The position numbers were made by a program, and so were the translations under genes. DNA of 64,000 bases, from assembly GCA_026770705.1 (NCBI GenBank), contig JANJGN010000026.1:39990001-40054000 (forward strand), in the 5' to 3' direction. The notes under the pieces are model-generated. The model did not search any database, was not told where the DNA came from, and worked only from the letters and a program-made list of their open reading frames with translations. This DNA is from Isurus oxyrinchus. Taxonomy: Eukaryota. Shown here one piece after another: positions 24,886 through 38,510 of the stretch (positions are counted from its first letter, which is position 1; each line of letters begins with the position of its first letter).

Positions 24886-27255
24886 ACAAATGAGCCTGTG
24901 TGATCCGTTTAGAGCTTCCATTTCCAGGACATAACTGGATTGTCAGTCACTGAGCTCCCTCGAGTCCCTAAAACGGGGAAATGAGATCTTGCTACCTTTC
25001 ATTTTTCGTTGTCATGCTCCACCACCCGCGCCCACTCTAACTCCTCCTCCACACCCCACTAACACCGCTCCCCCACCTCTCCGCTACCCGCTAGGCACAC
25101 ACACTTTCCCTCCAAACTTGTTTCCTCTGTTTCTCTGCAACATTCCGTCTCCCTTTGTCATTTTAAGTCTCCTTTCTTAGTTTTATCTCTGTTTATTTCT
25201 CTAGTGTATCTCTCTCCAACTCTCTGTGTCTATTAAATAGAAGCGTTCAAAATCATGAAAGTTACGATATTGCGAATAAAGAGAGATTACTTCAACTGTA
25301 GGAGGGTCAGTAACCAGCGGACGCTAATTTACTTTTTTGAACAGGAAGGCAGGAGGATAATTGTTTACTTTTTTTTAACACGGCGAGTTGTTATGAACTG
25401 GAAACACAACTCGAAAGGGTGATGGAATCAGGTTAATAGTAACTTAGTAAAATGAATTCTATAAATACTTAAAGGGGTTAAAATTTGAAGGATTACAGGG
25501 AATGGGACAAACTGTAATGCTCATCTATGTCGTTGAGCCAGCAGCTTTCCTGTATCTACTTCTGTCCCTCACTGAGCCCAAATAAAATGCAATAATTACA
25601 CAGCTTTCGTCTTCTGTTAATCCTGTCTTTTGACAGCGCTTGAGTGTGTCGATAATTGCCAGGAATCATTCAGAAGTTCACCACTGTTTACAAATCTCTA
25701 CTTTGTACAAAATAATAACACTGAATAGAGCTCGTTTAGTAGAAAGCACGATTATCTTTAACATTTTCGGCTCTGATTTTTCCTCTAGTGAGGTTTCGGT
25801 GTTTAATCCTTTCAGTCATCATGTGCCTCAAGCTGAAGATTTAAACATTGGTTTCTACAAGCTGCCAGGTCCGGCCCTTGCGTGTCTGTGTAAATAAAGA
25901 ACTGTCGGTAAGAATGAGAAGGAGTAGATTATTTTCTATTCCTCTGACAGATGCAGCATTGACGCCTCAGATATCAGAAATCTCTGGAGTCCGCCATTAT
26001 TGTCCTCCCCTTGGGTGTAACAGCTCTCAGTCAGGTGGAGTCAGTCACACGGGCCTATGTCATGATGTTTCCGCTCCGTTTTTACCACACGAATCCCTGG
26101 GTCACTCAATATAACACAGAAGCTTGCGCTAAGGCCCTAAACATCATTGCTTCCTCACACTTTCACACCCTATTACGATCAGATGTTTATCAGACCCCCT
26201 GCCTCTCTTAATGGAAGCAGCAGCCTCAGTTATTGTTACACTGGAGCCGGACTCTGTGATTATTATTGGATCAGGCCCCAGTCTGGCCCGGGCCCGGCAG
26301 TCAGAATTCCCTTTGCAAATCCAAGGAGGGAGATGTTGTTTGTATTTTTGGAGAGGGCGGGAAGGTCAAAGCAGCAACAGTGTCCCAGGAACCCGTCCTT
26401 TGCTGGATGGAGAAACTGTCTAGAGTTTCTCTGTCTTTAATTCCTCCTACTGAGTGTAAGAAAATAATGGATAAAAGAACAGAAAGGCAAATATAAAATT
26501 AATATAATATAAAATATATAATATATGATATTTTAAAACAAATATAAACTCTCACCGTGAGCACTGGTCAACTCTCTGGATTGAGGCTTCAACCCACAAC
26601 CTTTTGACCCAGGGGTTAAGAGTGACGCTAATTCGACAATGTTGACATGATGTATCCGCAATTCCCATTGCATTAGTACAACGGCAACACATGACAGATG
26701 CTACAAATCTAAAATAAAAACCGAATGTGCTGGGAATCCTCAACAGGTCAGACAGCAGGTGTCGATCCTGTTTGTTTTCCGGGTCGTCATATACTTTGCA
26801 GCCTTGTGGAAAGTATGGAGAGGCGAGAGGATTTTGTAAGCTAATTAAAAACCGGCGTTCTGTCACACCAACGCTCTTCCCGTTGTCAACGGAGCCTGGA
26901 GTTGAATCTGAAGCTCAAAAGCAGGAGGACCACCAACAGTACCATTCGGGAGTGCAGTGGCTGTGGAGAGAAGCAGTGTTAAAGTTTCTAATCGATGACC
27001 CCGGTTCTGCTGAAGGGTTATTGCCATGAAACGTTCACTCTGTTTATCGCCACAGATTCTGCCTGACCTGCAGGGTAATTTCAGAATGTTATGTTTTATT
27101 TGCTATTACACTAGACTGTGTCAGTGTTATTACACCAACTCCATCCCATTCATATTGCAGTGGTGCTTGACTCTGTTATTATACATTAGGCAGAAGATTT
27201 GCTATTGTATCAATTGACGTTGTCTCATGCACTATTATATCAAGCCCAACTTCGA

Positions 27256-27992
27256 TTTGGGTGGATCAGATGCTGACTCTGCCGTTATCACACTGGATCC
27301 AGTGAATATTCATTGGCGCAGTGCAACCTGCCATCCCCTGTTATCATCAAACATTGCATTTGTTAGACACAACTTCCCTGATTTTAATCTGTTCCCTGTA
27401 TCCTATCATTGTATAAAACGCTGTCTCTGTAATAGTTGTACTAAGAACAGACCTGCCACTGAAATTCACATGCAAACCTCTCTCATTATTTCTGAAAACC
27501 TTTGGGTGGATCGGATGCTGACTCTGCCGTTATCACACTGGATCCAGTGAATATTCATTGGCGCAGTGCAACCTGCCATCCCCTGTTATCATCAAACATT
27601 GCATTTGTTAGACACAACTTCCCTGATTTTAATCTGTTCCCTGTATCCTATCATTGTATAAAACGCTGTCTCTGTAATAGTTGTACTAAGAACAGACCTG
27701 CCACTGAAATTCACATGCAAACCTCTCTCATTATTTCTGAAAACCTTTGGGTGGATCAGATGCTGACTCTGCCGTTATCACACTGGATCCAGTGAATATT
27801 CATTGACGCAGTGCAACCTGCCATCCCCTGTTATCATCAAACATTGCATTTGTTAGACACAACTTCCCTGATTTTAATCTGTTCCCTGTATCCTATCATT
27901 GTATAAAACGCTGTCTCTGTAATAGTTGTACTAAGAACAGACCTGCCACTGAAATTCACATGCAAACCTCTCTCATTATTTCTGAAAACCTT
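27256..27992. repeat. Near-perfect tandem triplication, 245-bp unit
   Basis: TTTGGGTGGATC starts at 27256, 27501 and 27746; only two substitutions noticed. Confidence 0.96.
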
Positions 27993-29224
27993 GTACCTAT
28001 ACTTTTCAATAGGAACCTGTTTCTGATATTTTTAATGTTGATCTTGCTTGTGTTAGGGATCCACGATGACCTCTTTCATTTGTTGTTTAATGCAAAACAA
28101 TTTTGCAACTATGCTTACACAAAAACTTGTACACTGGAATGTTATACCAGGTCCCCTCTCTGTCTTATTCCTGAACTAGCCCATTTCTCTGTTTATGTTA
28201 CTCCCAGAGAAAGTTTGTGTTATCACTGTTCTAGCGCACGTCTCTGTCTGTATTAGACCAGTACCTGTTATTACTGCACCAGCCGATTTCTCTGATAATA
28301 TTTGACCAGGTTCTGTCTCTCCAAATTACTAAACTACTCCATATCTCTGTTTCTATTACACCAGGTCCTGTTACCGTTATTATGCTCCAGACTATATTTC
28401 CATTTATATTACACCAAGCCTGTCTCGATTATTACTGCACTAGCCCATATCATTGGTTACATTACATCATCTGTCATTACCTAAACAGCCAATATCTCTT
28501 TTTATATTGCACGAGATCTCATCTTTGTTATTCTGCACTGGTCCATATCTTTGCTTATGTTACACCAGGTCCGCTCTCTGCTTATGCTGCACTTGATCCT
28601 GGTTTATTTTCAGACCAATCAGGCAAAAATGATTCGAGCGGTTGCGGTGGAATTTGTGAAGATAATGATAAAAACAGTGGAAACAGAAATAATGGAATTT
28701 CTCTGGAGAGCAGCAGGAGTTTCAATTCTTCTCATCAACAGGAATAATAAGCCGGAGAATTACAGGTGTATTTATCTCATGTCAGATATAGATAATGTTT
28801 TATTTTTGCCATCATTTGAAGAAGTAACCTCACATTCGATATATATCAGGAGATTCTGTGAGATGCTGAGTTGCCATTTGTTCATAAGCTGCTTGTTATT
28901 CTTGATGGGATTTAATTCACTTTCCAACTGACCATCGGAGACAAATAAACCTACCTCAGAAACTAAGTAGTCAGTCTGATATCATTTTATAAAGAAATGC
29001 ACACAACAGAATAATTATCAATAAATTGTTACAGTATTAAACAATCTGCGACTTAAATAAATGTGTAGTTTTGCATTTGAACACAATCACTGAAGGATGG
29101 AATGGACTGAAGATTGTCACTGAGAGAAATGAATGGAAATTATTGAAAAAAATGGATTTTCTCCTAAGAGTGTTATTAGATAACAGCAGATTCGAAATGA
29201 GTAAGAGGCTGTGTCAGAGACTGA

Positions 29225-29276
29225 AAGAGAGAGAGAGACAGAGAGAGAGAGAGTGGGAGAGGGAAAGAGACAGAGA

Positions 29277-29312
<36 letters not shown>
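29225..29312. repeat. (GA)n microsatellite
   Basis: Imperfect GA run. Confidence 0.95.
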
Positions 29313-29317
<5 letters not shown>

Positions 29318-29799
29318 TACAGTGAGTTAGACGCTGCCTCAGACAGAGAGAGAAGAGATATTCAATGAATTTGGTGATGGACGTGATCGTCTTAGTAACG
29401 ACATGGTCAGTATGACATCACTTCCTAAACAAAAGTGCACAACGAAACATGTTATCAATAAACATTTGCGGTACTAAATCATCCGTAGTTACATTCTGAG
29501 TGAAAGAAAATTAAGCATTGAAACATTCTGGTGGAGGTCATCGTTAATCTTTGAGAAATGACGGTATAAGCAAGAAGCATGTTCTTTGTGCATACAACAC
29601 ACATAACAGGCGACACCTGATATACAATTTCCCTAACTGAAACTAAATGAAAATAACTGTCAGGTGCTGCAAAGAATGGGCCATCAAATACCGCCCGTTT
29701 TAGGCCAACTCCAGAGAAAAATTCCCACGTCAACACCTTTGTTTATAATATTACCCCTCCAAATCACAGAGACATAGAACACTGCAGGAATAACAGTGA

Positions 29800-31640
29800 C
29801 ATGGTCTAGTCTAGAAATAATTGACGCAGGTTTAGTGCAGTAATTACTGAATAAGTACCTGGCTTAATATCAATTGATATTAATCCACTCTCGGGGCTAG
29901 GATCTGGTGCATAGATTAATAAACTCCTAGAGAGGACCTGGTGCAGTAATAACTGAGATTGCCTCTCGTGTAAGATAAATAAAAACATGATCCATTGGAA
30001 TAAAAACAGAGACAAAGTGTGTGTAATATAAGATGTATGAACTCGTGCAGCAACAACAAAGGCAGGCTTGACCTTTGTATGTAAAAACATTGGGTCCAGA
30101 GACTTTGCCATAGGTGATGCAACCAGAGACACGGCTGAAATCGGAACAGCTGAGACGAGGCCGAGCACTGAAATAACTGCGGCAGGGACTGGTGTAATAT
30201 TATCATAGACATAATCTATTTCAATATAAACAAAGTCAGGGTCTGGTGCAGTAGTACTGAGACAGGGCTGAGTGCTCCAATTATTGATACAGCACCTACA
30301 GCAATATAAACCGTGACCGAGCCTAGTCTCAGCGATTGCTGAGCCAGGATTTAGTGCATTAATAACAGACTTGGCCTTGTGTAATATAAACAGGGACATA
30401 GTCTGTACAGCCATAACAAATACAGGATCTAATCTAATTTAAACTGAGACAACGTCTAGTGTAATATAAACTGAGGCAGGTTCTAGTGTAATATAAACTG
30501 AGACGGGGTCTAGAGCAATATAAATTGAGACAGAGTCCAGTGTACTATAAACTGAGACGGGGTCCATTGTAATATAAACTGAGACAAGGTCCAGTTTAAT
30601 ATAAACAGAAATAAGGTCCAGCGTAATGTAAATGGAGACAGGCAGGGGAATACGTACTCAGGTGTGGTCTAACAGAATATAAGCAAAGACGTCATCTAAT
30701 GTAATATAAACAGGGACATGATCTACTGGAATAAAAAGTGAGGCAGTGCCGAGTGCAGTAATAAATGAGGCAAGGCCTTGTGTAATATGAACAGCAACAT
30801 GGTCTAGTTTAGTAATAACCAAGACAGGATCTAGTGAAAGGAAACTGACACGGAGTATACTGTAATTTTACCTGTTACAGGACCTTGACTAATGTAAACT
30901 GAGACAGAACCTAGTGTAGTAATTACCAACTAAGTGCCTGGATTAATATAAAGAGATGTTGGCAAGTGCAGCAATAAGAGAGACATTGTATTAACAATAG
31001 TAACAGTGACAGGGCATCATGTAATATAAACAGGGACATAGACATAGCATTGACCGAGACATCCACTAGTTTAGTATAAATGTGGCAGGGTCTATTATTG
31101 CAATATCTGAGACAGATATTGTGTCATGCAAACTGGAACATGTTCTGGTTTAGTATAAGCAGAGACAAGTACTAGTGGAGTAACAGCTGAGACATGGGCG
31201 ATTGTCATATCAGCCAAAATATGGGTCAATGCAATCATAACGAAGGGAATGTCGAGTGTAATATGGCCTTGACAAAAACAGAATTACCTGGAAAAACTCA
31301 GCAGGTCTGGCAGCATCGGCGGAGAAGAAAAGAGTTGACGTTTCGAGTCCTCATGACCCTTCGACAGAACTAGTTCAACTCTTTTCTTCTCCACCGATGC
31401 TGCCAGACCTGCTGAGTTTTTCCAGGCAATTCTGTTTTTGTTTTGGATTTCCAGCATCTGCAGTTTTTTTTGTTTTTATTATTATAGTAATATGGCCTTG
31501 GTCCGTTGTATTAACAACTGAGATTGGGCCTATTACAGAAATAACTGAGACACGACCGATTGTAATATGATCAGAGATTTGAATTAGTGTAATACATATA
31601 GACACAGGGTCAAGTTTATTATGAACAGGGACATGGTCCA
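29800..31640. repeat. Highly degenerate 27-bp satellite (reverse orientation)
   Basis: Units like GGTCTAGTGTAATATAAACTGAGAC, best preserved at 30420-30640; same family as 10.4-19 kb. Confidence 0.75.
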
Positions 31641-31779
31641 GTGCAGTAATGATTGAGACAGTGTGTCTGTTTCATAAAATGCCAGTAATCGCTGTTCTAC
31701 TGCCATCTACTGGATAGACCCCGCTATTGCAGATACTATGAAAATATCGGTTTCAGTGACTGCATCTGATATCAATGAT

Positions 31780-33060
31780 AGAATCATAGAATTCTTACAG
31801 CGCAGAAGGGTGTCATTCGGCCAGTCGTGTCCGTGCTGAACCCCTGAAGAATCAGTTAACCTATTGTCACTCTTTCCCTGTAGCCCAGCATTTTATTTCA
31901 TTTTCAGGTAATGATCCGATTTCTTTTCGAAACCATCAATTGTTCCTCAATCCACCGGACACTTAGGCAGTGCATTCCTTACAGCTCACTGCGTGAAAAA
32001 AAGTTTTTCCTCTAGTCTCCATTGTTCCTTCTTCAGATTACTTTAAACTTGTGCCCTCTGGCTCTCGAACTTTCAACCAATGAGAACAATTTCTCCCTAT
32101 CTCCCCTATCCAGGCGCTTCATGATATTTAATACCTCAGTCAAATCTCCTCTAAACTTTAGCTTCTCCAAGGAGCTTAAAGCCAACTTCTTCACTCTTTA
32201 TACATAACTGGAGTTCCTCTACTGGAACATTTTCCATGAATCTTTCCTGTGCCCTCTCTTATGCCTTCAAATTCTTCCAAAAGTGTGGTGCCCGGAATTG
32301 GATGCAATTCTCCAATTGAGGCCTAAGCAGCGTGTCACACAAGTTTAACCTGCTTGCTTTAATACTCCTTTATCCTACTGATAAAGTCCAGGATGCTGCA
32401 TGCTATATTAAGCAGGCTCTCAACTTGTCCTGCCACCTTTTAATAACTTATACAGATCAACATCTGCTCCTGCAGCCCCTTTGGAATCATACTCTTGAAT
32501 TTATATTGTCTCTGGGTGTTCTTCCGACTAAAATGAATAACTTCTCACCTTCTCTGTGTGAAATTTCAGCTGTCACTTGCCCGCCCATTCCACCAACCTG
32601 TCTATGTCGCTTTCAATTTCTGCACTATCCTCCTCATGGCTCACAATGTTTCCACATTTGGCAATGTTTCCACATTTCGCATCGTCCACATATTTTGAAA
32701 CTGTACCCTGTACACTAAATCTAGTTCATTGATAAATATTATGAAAAACAGGCGTACCAGAACTGATCCCTGGGGAACTTCATTATAATTCTTCCCCTAG
32801 ACCGATGAACAACCATTCAAAACTATTCTTTGTTTACTGGCACCCAGCCAGTCCCCTATCCATGATGTTACCGTCCATTTTATTCAAGCGATACCCAACT
32901 TTTTTCACAAGTCCGTTGTGGGGCGCTTCATCAAATGTCTTTTGGAAGTCCATGTAAACCACGTCAGCAGCATTATCCTCATCAGCCATCGCTGCTGTGT
33001 CATCAAAAAACTCAAGCAAGTTAGTTAAACATGATGTACCCTTTACTGCTCCATACTGGC
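31780..33060 (-). mobile_element. CR1 LINE RT/3' fragment
   Basis: LEFFDD..., DVVYMDFQKTFDEAPHNGL on the minus strand, with the CR1 tail ATAGAATCATAGAA at 31780. Confidence 0.82.
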
Positions 33061-33919
33061 TTCATGTATCCAGAACCCATGTCTACTGATGTGGAAAGTC
33101 CCGATATTTAAGGTGCAACTATTGCAGATTAACGTGACTGATCTATGCACTTTAAGATGAGCAAAAGAGAAAAGTGTCTAAATTCATATTTACTAATTCT
33201 TGATGATCTTGCCCAACTCAACAAATGCGACATGGGAAGTAATTATTGGATCATGGTACGACCTGAAATATGATGGCAGTGATTTCCCCGATACATCAGG
33301 TGTTGCAGAACCTCCGAGGTAGCCAGGTTGGGATGTTAAGTTGAAGTGTGTGTGTGTGCCTGTGTGTAAATGTGTGTACACGCATCATTTGTTTAAAAGT
33401 GAAGTGCACAAAAACAAATAATTATATTCACGTATTATGTTCCAGATTTTATTTTATTCAAAATGTAATTGCTGTTCACTTAGTATCGTTAACATTGACT
33501 GAGAAGACATTGAGCGTTCCCTCACCAGAGAACCCCTCTGTTCCTAGTATTCTGTGGGAAATAGGACCAAATTATTCCAAGGAGAATGAGCAGCTACCCA
33601 CCAGTCTCTGCATTTTATTGTTAAGTGTTCGGCTCAGCATTAAACAGAAGCTCTTGATATAAACATCGAGAGGGTGGTAATTTGTGCAACTGATTGCAAA
33701 AATGAAAACGATCTATACTTGACCTGAATTTACCCGGTCTTAAAATCCCTCTTTATTATTTCCCTTGCTTGGGAAAGAATGAAACACTTGCTGCTCTCCA
33801 AGAAGTTTCACACTATTTCTGTTGCCATTTTACTCCTTCTTAGCCTGTTGCGTGCATTATTTCCACACCAACGTCTTCCAATATCCTTGGGCATGATCTA
33901 ATATAGCAATGTAGAAAGC

Positions 33920-35630
33920 GGTGGCGTGGTGGACTAATATTTCAGAGACCCCGGGTATGAGCCGAGTTTCAATCCCACAAGAGCAGATATTGAAATTTGA
34001 GTTCAATAAGTCTAATGATAACCATGGCTGAATGCTGTAAAAAAATCTGGTTCACTAATGTCCTTTAGGGAAGGAAATCTGTTGCCCTCACCTGGTTTGG
34101 CCTACATGTGACTTAAGACCCACAGCTATGTGGGTTAACTCTCAAATGGCCCAGTAAGCCACTCTACTCTGTTGCATCAAAGGAATGAAACTGGATGGAG
34201 CACACGGCAAATTTAGGCCTGCCAGCACTGCACTGCCCTTCGTACTAACATGAGAGCTGTCTCATTGATCAGTCAAGCATAGTCATACTATCTTACAGAC
34301 AATGTCCCAGGCACCACCATCGCTGGTTATGTCCCGGCAGCAGCCGGGAAGGAGTTGCCCTAGGAGCCCTCAACATGGACTCCAGATCTCATGGCATCAG
34401 GTCAAACAGGAGCAAGGAAACCTCCTGGTGATTACCAAATACCCCCCTCCCCAACACCTGATGAATCTGTAGTCTTCCATTTTGAACACCACTTGGAGGA
34501 AACAGTGAGGGTGGTAAGGGCACAGAATGTAATCTGAATGGGGGACTCCAATGTCCATCACCTAAGAGTTGGTTGAGTCATAAAGGCCATGGCTGCTGGA
34601 CTGGGTCTGGGGCATGTGAACAAACAAGAGGGAAAAAGATATTTGACCTCATCCCCTCCAATCTGCCTGCCATCTCCAGATTGAGGGTACCCTCCATCGT
34701 GTTGTGTGACACCACAATCGTGCGAAATGGCATAGGTTTCGCAAAGATCTTGCAGTTCAATTTTAGACAACAACTAGGCGCTGTGGGCCATCAGAAGCAG
34801 CAGCACTGTTTTCAACCACAACCTGTAACCTCATGGACTGGCATACACCCCACTCTACCATTACCATCAAGCCAGTGGATCAACCATGGTTCAATGAAGA
34901 GCGCAGTAAGGCATGCCAGGAGCAGCACCAGGCATACCTAAAAATGAGGTGTCAGCCTGGTGAAGCTATAACATATGACTGCTTGCGTGCCAAACAGCAT
35001 AAGCAGCAAGTGATGGACAGAGCTAAACAATTCCACAACCAACGGATCAGATCTAAGCTCTGTCGTGCTGCCACATCCAGCCATGAATGGTGGTGGACAA
35101 TTAAACAACTTGCTAGAGGAAGTGGCGTCTCCAATATCCCCATCCCCTATGAAGAAAGAGTCTAGCAGGTCAGTGCAAAAGATAAGACTGAAACATTTAT
35201 TGCAATCTTCGGCTTCCTCCAGAGGTTCCCACAATCACAGATGCCTGTCTTCAGCCAATTCGATTCTCTCCTGGTGATTTCAAGAAACGGTTGAAGGCAC
35301 TGGATATGACAAAGGCTATTGGCACTGACAATATTCGGGCAAAAGTACTGAACATGTGTGCTCCAGAACTTGCCGCACTCAGACCGAATATTTTCCTGTA
35401 CAGCCACAACACAGGAATATACCCAGCAACGTGAAAAATGTCCCAGGTATACCTTGCACACAAAAAGCAGGACAAACCCAACCGCCCGAACAGACTATTC
35501 TCGATCATCAGTAAAGATATGGAACGGGTCATCAACAGTGCGACCAAGCAGCACTTGCTTAGCAATGAGTTGCTCACTGACACCCAGTTTGAGTTCCGCC
35601 AGGGCCACTGAGCTCCTGGCCTCATTACAT
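33920..35630 (+). mobile_element. HE1-like SINE followed by HER1/CR1-like LINE fragment
   Basis: SINE head GAGTTTCAATCCCAC; LINE peptides KPVDQPWFNE, EWWWTIKQL, KAIGTDNI. Confidence 0.7.
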
Positions 35631-35913
35631 CAACGACAGAATGAGACAGATAGACCCTCCAATGAAGAAAGTACCTGAGCTACCGAGAAAGACAGGGAGA
35701 AAGAGAAAGTCAGGGAAAATAATCGGCCCAGAAGCAATTGGTGCCCAATTGTCATCAGTCTTGAGAGAGCAGCCAATCATGTCGCTGGGAAATGCCTTTC
35801 AGTTTCTCAATAAGTGAAGCTTGCCCCGATCCGAATTTCCTCTTTATCTCAGAACAGAGTGTCAACATATTTCTAATCTTATCTTACTTCATCCGAATTC
35901 TAATCCTGACACC

Positions 35914-36384
35914 ATATGCTCCCAGTGCCCCTTAATGATAATAATGATCTTACTGCCTGGTGAGTCAATGTTTAAATGGTCAGTGTCTGTTCCATTTGTT
36001 ATATTCAATTCCAGATATTTGATACGTTCTGTGTTTTGTTCCAGGAACAAATGGTCAAGATTCAGTGTCCCAGGATCCCCCTAAATTAACGGCTCTTGAA
36101 GGACAAGGCATAAAACTGGAATGTATTTATTCGGCAGCTGGTGTAACTCTGTTCTGGTACATCCAGTACCCCGGGGAAGCTCCGAGATATTTAATGAAGA
36201 TATATAGCTCGGGGAATGCAGAAAATTTCCAGATTTCCCAGATAGATTCTCCGCTGTTTTGCACAATGGGAACAAAACGGTTCCTTTAAATACCGCTGGG
36301 GCTTTTCTCTCCGACAGCGCCGTGTATTTCTGTGCCATGGAGCCCACACTGCTGCAGAGATATAGCGTATCCCGTACAAAAACC
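35914..36384 (+). pseudogene. TCR alpha/delta V pseudogene (inverted paralog of 46161-46634)
   Basis: Leader with ATG>ATA (35914), GTGAGT donor, V exon from 36045 QDSVSQDPPKLTALEGQGIKLECIYS...LFWYIQYPGEAP; 1-nt frameshift near 36225; SDSAVYFCAMEP; CACACTG...ACAAAAACC (36345-36384). Confidence 0.92.
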
Positions 36385-36404
36385 CTGCTGGGAATTCCAG
36401 TCAG

Positions 36405-36423
36405 TGCTCAGCAGAGGGGGCTG
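36405..36423 (+). promoter_or_regulatory. CTCF-binding motif just downstream of V RSS
   Basis: TGCTCAGCAGAGGGGGCTG, ~20 bp after the nonamer; matches CTCF core CCASYAGRKGGCRS; conserved behind paralogous RSSs. Confidence 0.7.
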
Positions 36424-36607
36424 TCACACCTAAAAAACGGAAACAATTCAGCCTGTAACTCTTTCGAGTACAAACACGTTTCCAACTGTTTCAGATGAAG
36501 TTACATTGTTTCATAGCTTGCCATTGTGAGATTTGAACTCTTGATACTCTTTCAAGCACAAACCCGTTTCCATCTGTTTCAGATGAAGTTACATTGTTTC
36601 ACAGTTT

Positions 36608-36679
36608 TGCCATTGTGAGATTTGAACTCTCAATTTTGGTGTTACAAACCCAGTGCCATAACCACTTGGCTATTTAGGC
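36608..36679 (-). mobile_element. tRNA-derived SINE head or pseudo-tRNA, with a duplicated ~85-bp tail (36459-36631)
   Basis: GCCTAAATAGCCAAGTGGTTATGGCACTGGGTTTGTAACACCAAAATTGAGAGTTCAAATCTCACAATGGCA: A-box, B-box, 72 nt, but a broken acceptor stem. Confidence 0.6.
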
Positions 36680-37401
36680 CTGTAGGTGTCACATGGTCAT
36701 TAATGAAATATCAAAACCAATCATAACGCTGAACAAGAACAGCTGAGCAGCAACTGAGGAATTCTATGAGTTGGGATTTTAGCACGCATCTATACTAAAC
36801 ATGAATTTCCCAAATTAATTTGTGGTGCGTTAATTCACATTTTGCCTTTTGATGATCTTTCCTTGCCTGTCGAGAATTATTGCCCCTTTCTCGATCTCCA
36901 CTGTCTCTTTCAAAGTCTCTTTGGTCAACGCCGGCACATGTTGTCTATTTGACCAGACTATTTTTCTGGTTCATGGAAGGTAGGTAGAAAATGAACACAT
37001 TTCACAAGGGAATGATTGCGCTCTTTTAAACAAGCCCCAAGCACAGAGTTCCCTCAATGTGCATTGTCCTTTCGAGTGTCTGCTTGATATTTTCTTACAC
37101 CATTCACAACCCGGTGTTTCTGTTTTTCAATAACCAGACAAGGGGATCCATCCCCACCCCTGTCCCTAATAATATAATATTTCCGTTATAAGGACACAGA
37201 CAATAGCCCCGCTCGGGCTATTTACATTCACTGACAGCCGCTCCCCTCCGCTACCAAACCCCCCGCCCACCCCACCACCTACAGGTCTTAAAGAACCAAC
37301 GGATACACAAGGGAATGAGGTGAGAGGGTCCCGAGAATAACAACCGATTATTGATGGTTTCTGCTAATCTCAATTTCCCTTTCACAGAGCGGACAGCGAC
37401 A

Positions 37402-37990
37402 ATGTCGACAAGCAGCAATTGGGGTGTATGGGGAGTGACCGGGGTATTCCTGACAGGGAACAGTGAAATAAACACATTTCATCTCATTTTCAAAACATGG
37501 TTTCAATCTGAGTTTTAAACACTCTCCTGTATGAGCATTTTCTGTTTGATCATGTGTTTCAGGTCTGAGTTATGGAGATCGTTACTCAGATACTGTCCTC
37601 AAATGTTAAGACTGAAGGAGAAGTAGCTGGTTTAAGTTTCACTGATGATATTTCACGGAGTGAATGCGTTTTATTCTGGTACCGGCTGATCCCGATCGGG
37701 CTGTATTTACAGGGGCAGTCTTACTCATGTCTGCAGGCAATTGGTGAGACAGACAACAGCAAAAGGACCGTTCAGACAGTCACACCTCTCTCTGAGTTAA
37801 GGAAGTGAACTGTGAAGAGCTCATCAGAAGCAGGGCACAACCGGGGTTTATGTTGGGAAGCAATCTCACTCCCCAGTACTTTGTGCTGTGCTTGGGAGCT
37901 CCTGCCTGTTGGGGTTTGTACAGAATCCAGGGCAGGTGCAGCCATAATGTCCAGCGGCGCTGTCAGCAACTCAAACACACACTGAGAGAA
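37402..37990 (+). pseudogene. Decayed, internally deleted TCR V relic(s)
   Basis: Leader-like MSTSSNWGVWGVTGVFLTG; acceptor 37561-62; GLSYGD-VTQILSSNVKTEGE...VLFWYR jumps to a D-x-A-V-like motif; a second FR2-like piece (QPGFML) and an RSS-like end follow. Confidence 0.6.
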
Positions 37991-38204
37991 AACCACATTC
38001 ACCTCGGATCAAACCGGCAACAACTGTTTCCAGCAGCGGCCAAGAAAACAAACTGCAGAATCCGACCCTACCGAACACATGTCAAATAAATCTACAGGTT
38101 AAACCATCTTTCCTGTTTCTGATCAGCTTTTATTTCCCTTAAACTCCGAGCTCGATATTCAGATCAGCTCCGGGAAAGATGTTTCTGATCCTCAAACCAG
38201 ACCG

Positions 38205-38470
38205 TCTGACATCACACTGACTGCAGGGCGAAGACGTCTCACAGCTGCAGGGTGACGTCACACAGGCTGTGGGTGGAGTCTTACTGGCGGATGCTCTGAC
38301 GCATGCGCACTCCCCTCCCCCACGCCCCATCATGCTGAAGCTCCATCGCAGCTTCAGTTTGTGATCACAAGTCCCAGAGACTGCGGTCTGGCGGACGCAG
38401 TGTAACTGGTGTTGGGCTCAGTTTGATAGGGCACAGCGCTGCCTCCCCCGACAGCGCCTCTTGGCCTGAA
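38205..38470 (+). promoter_or_regulatory. V promoter with CRE cluster
   Basis: TGACATCA, TGACGTCA (38253-38260), TGACGCA and GC-rich boxes ~200-300 bp upstream of ATG 38511; CRE-type elements are established TCR V promoter motifs. Confidence 0.6.
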
Positions 38471-38510
38471 TCTGTTGAGAGTTACTTTACTGAAGTCGAT
38501 AGGGTCCGAC

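Noticed and set aside
36608-36679. Functional tRNA-Thr gene
   Set aside because: The acceptor stem pairs only 3 bp and it has a duplicated tail; better explained as a SINE head.
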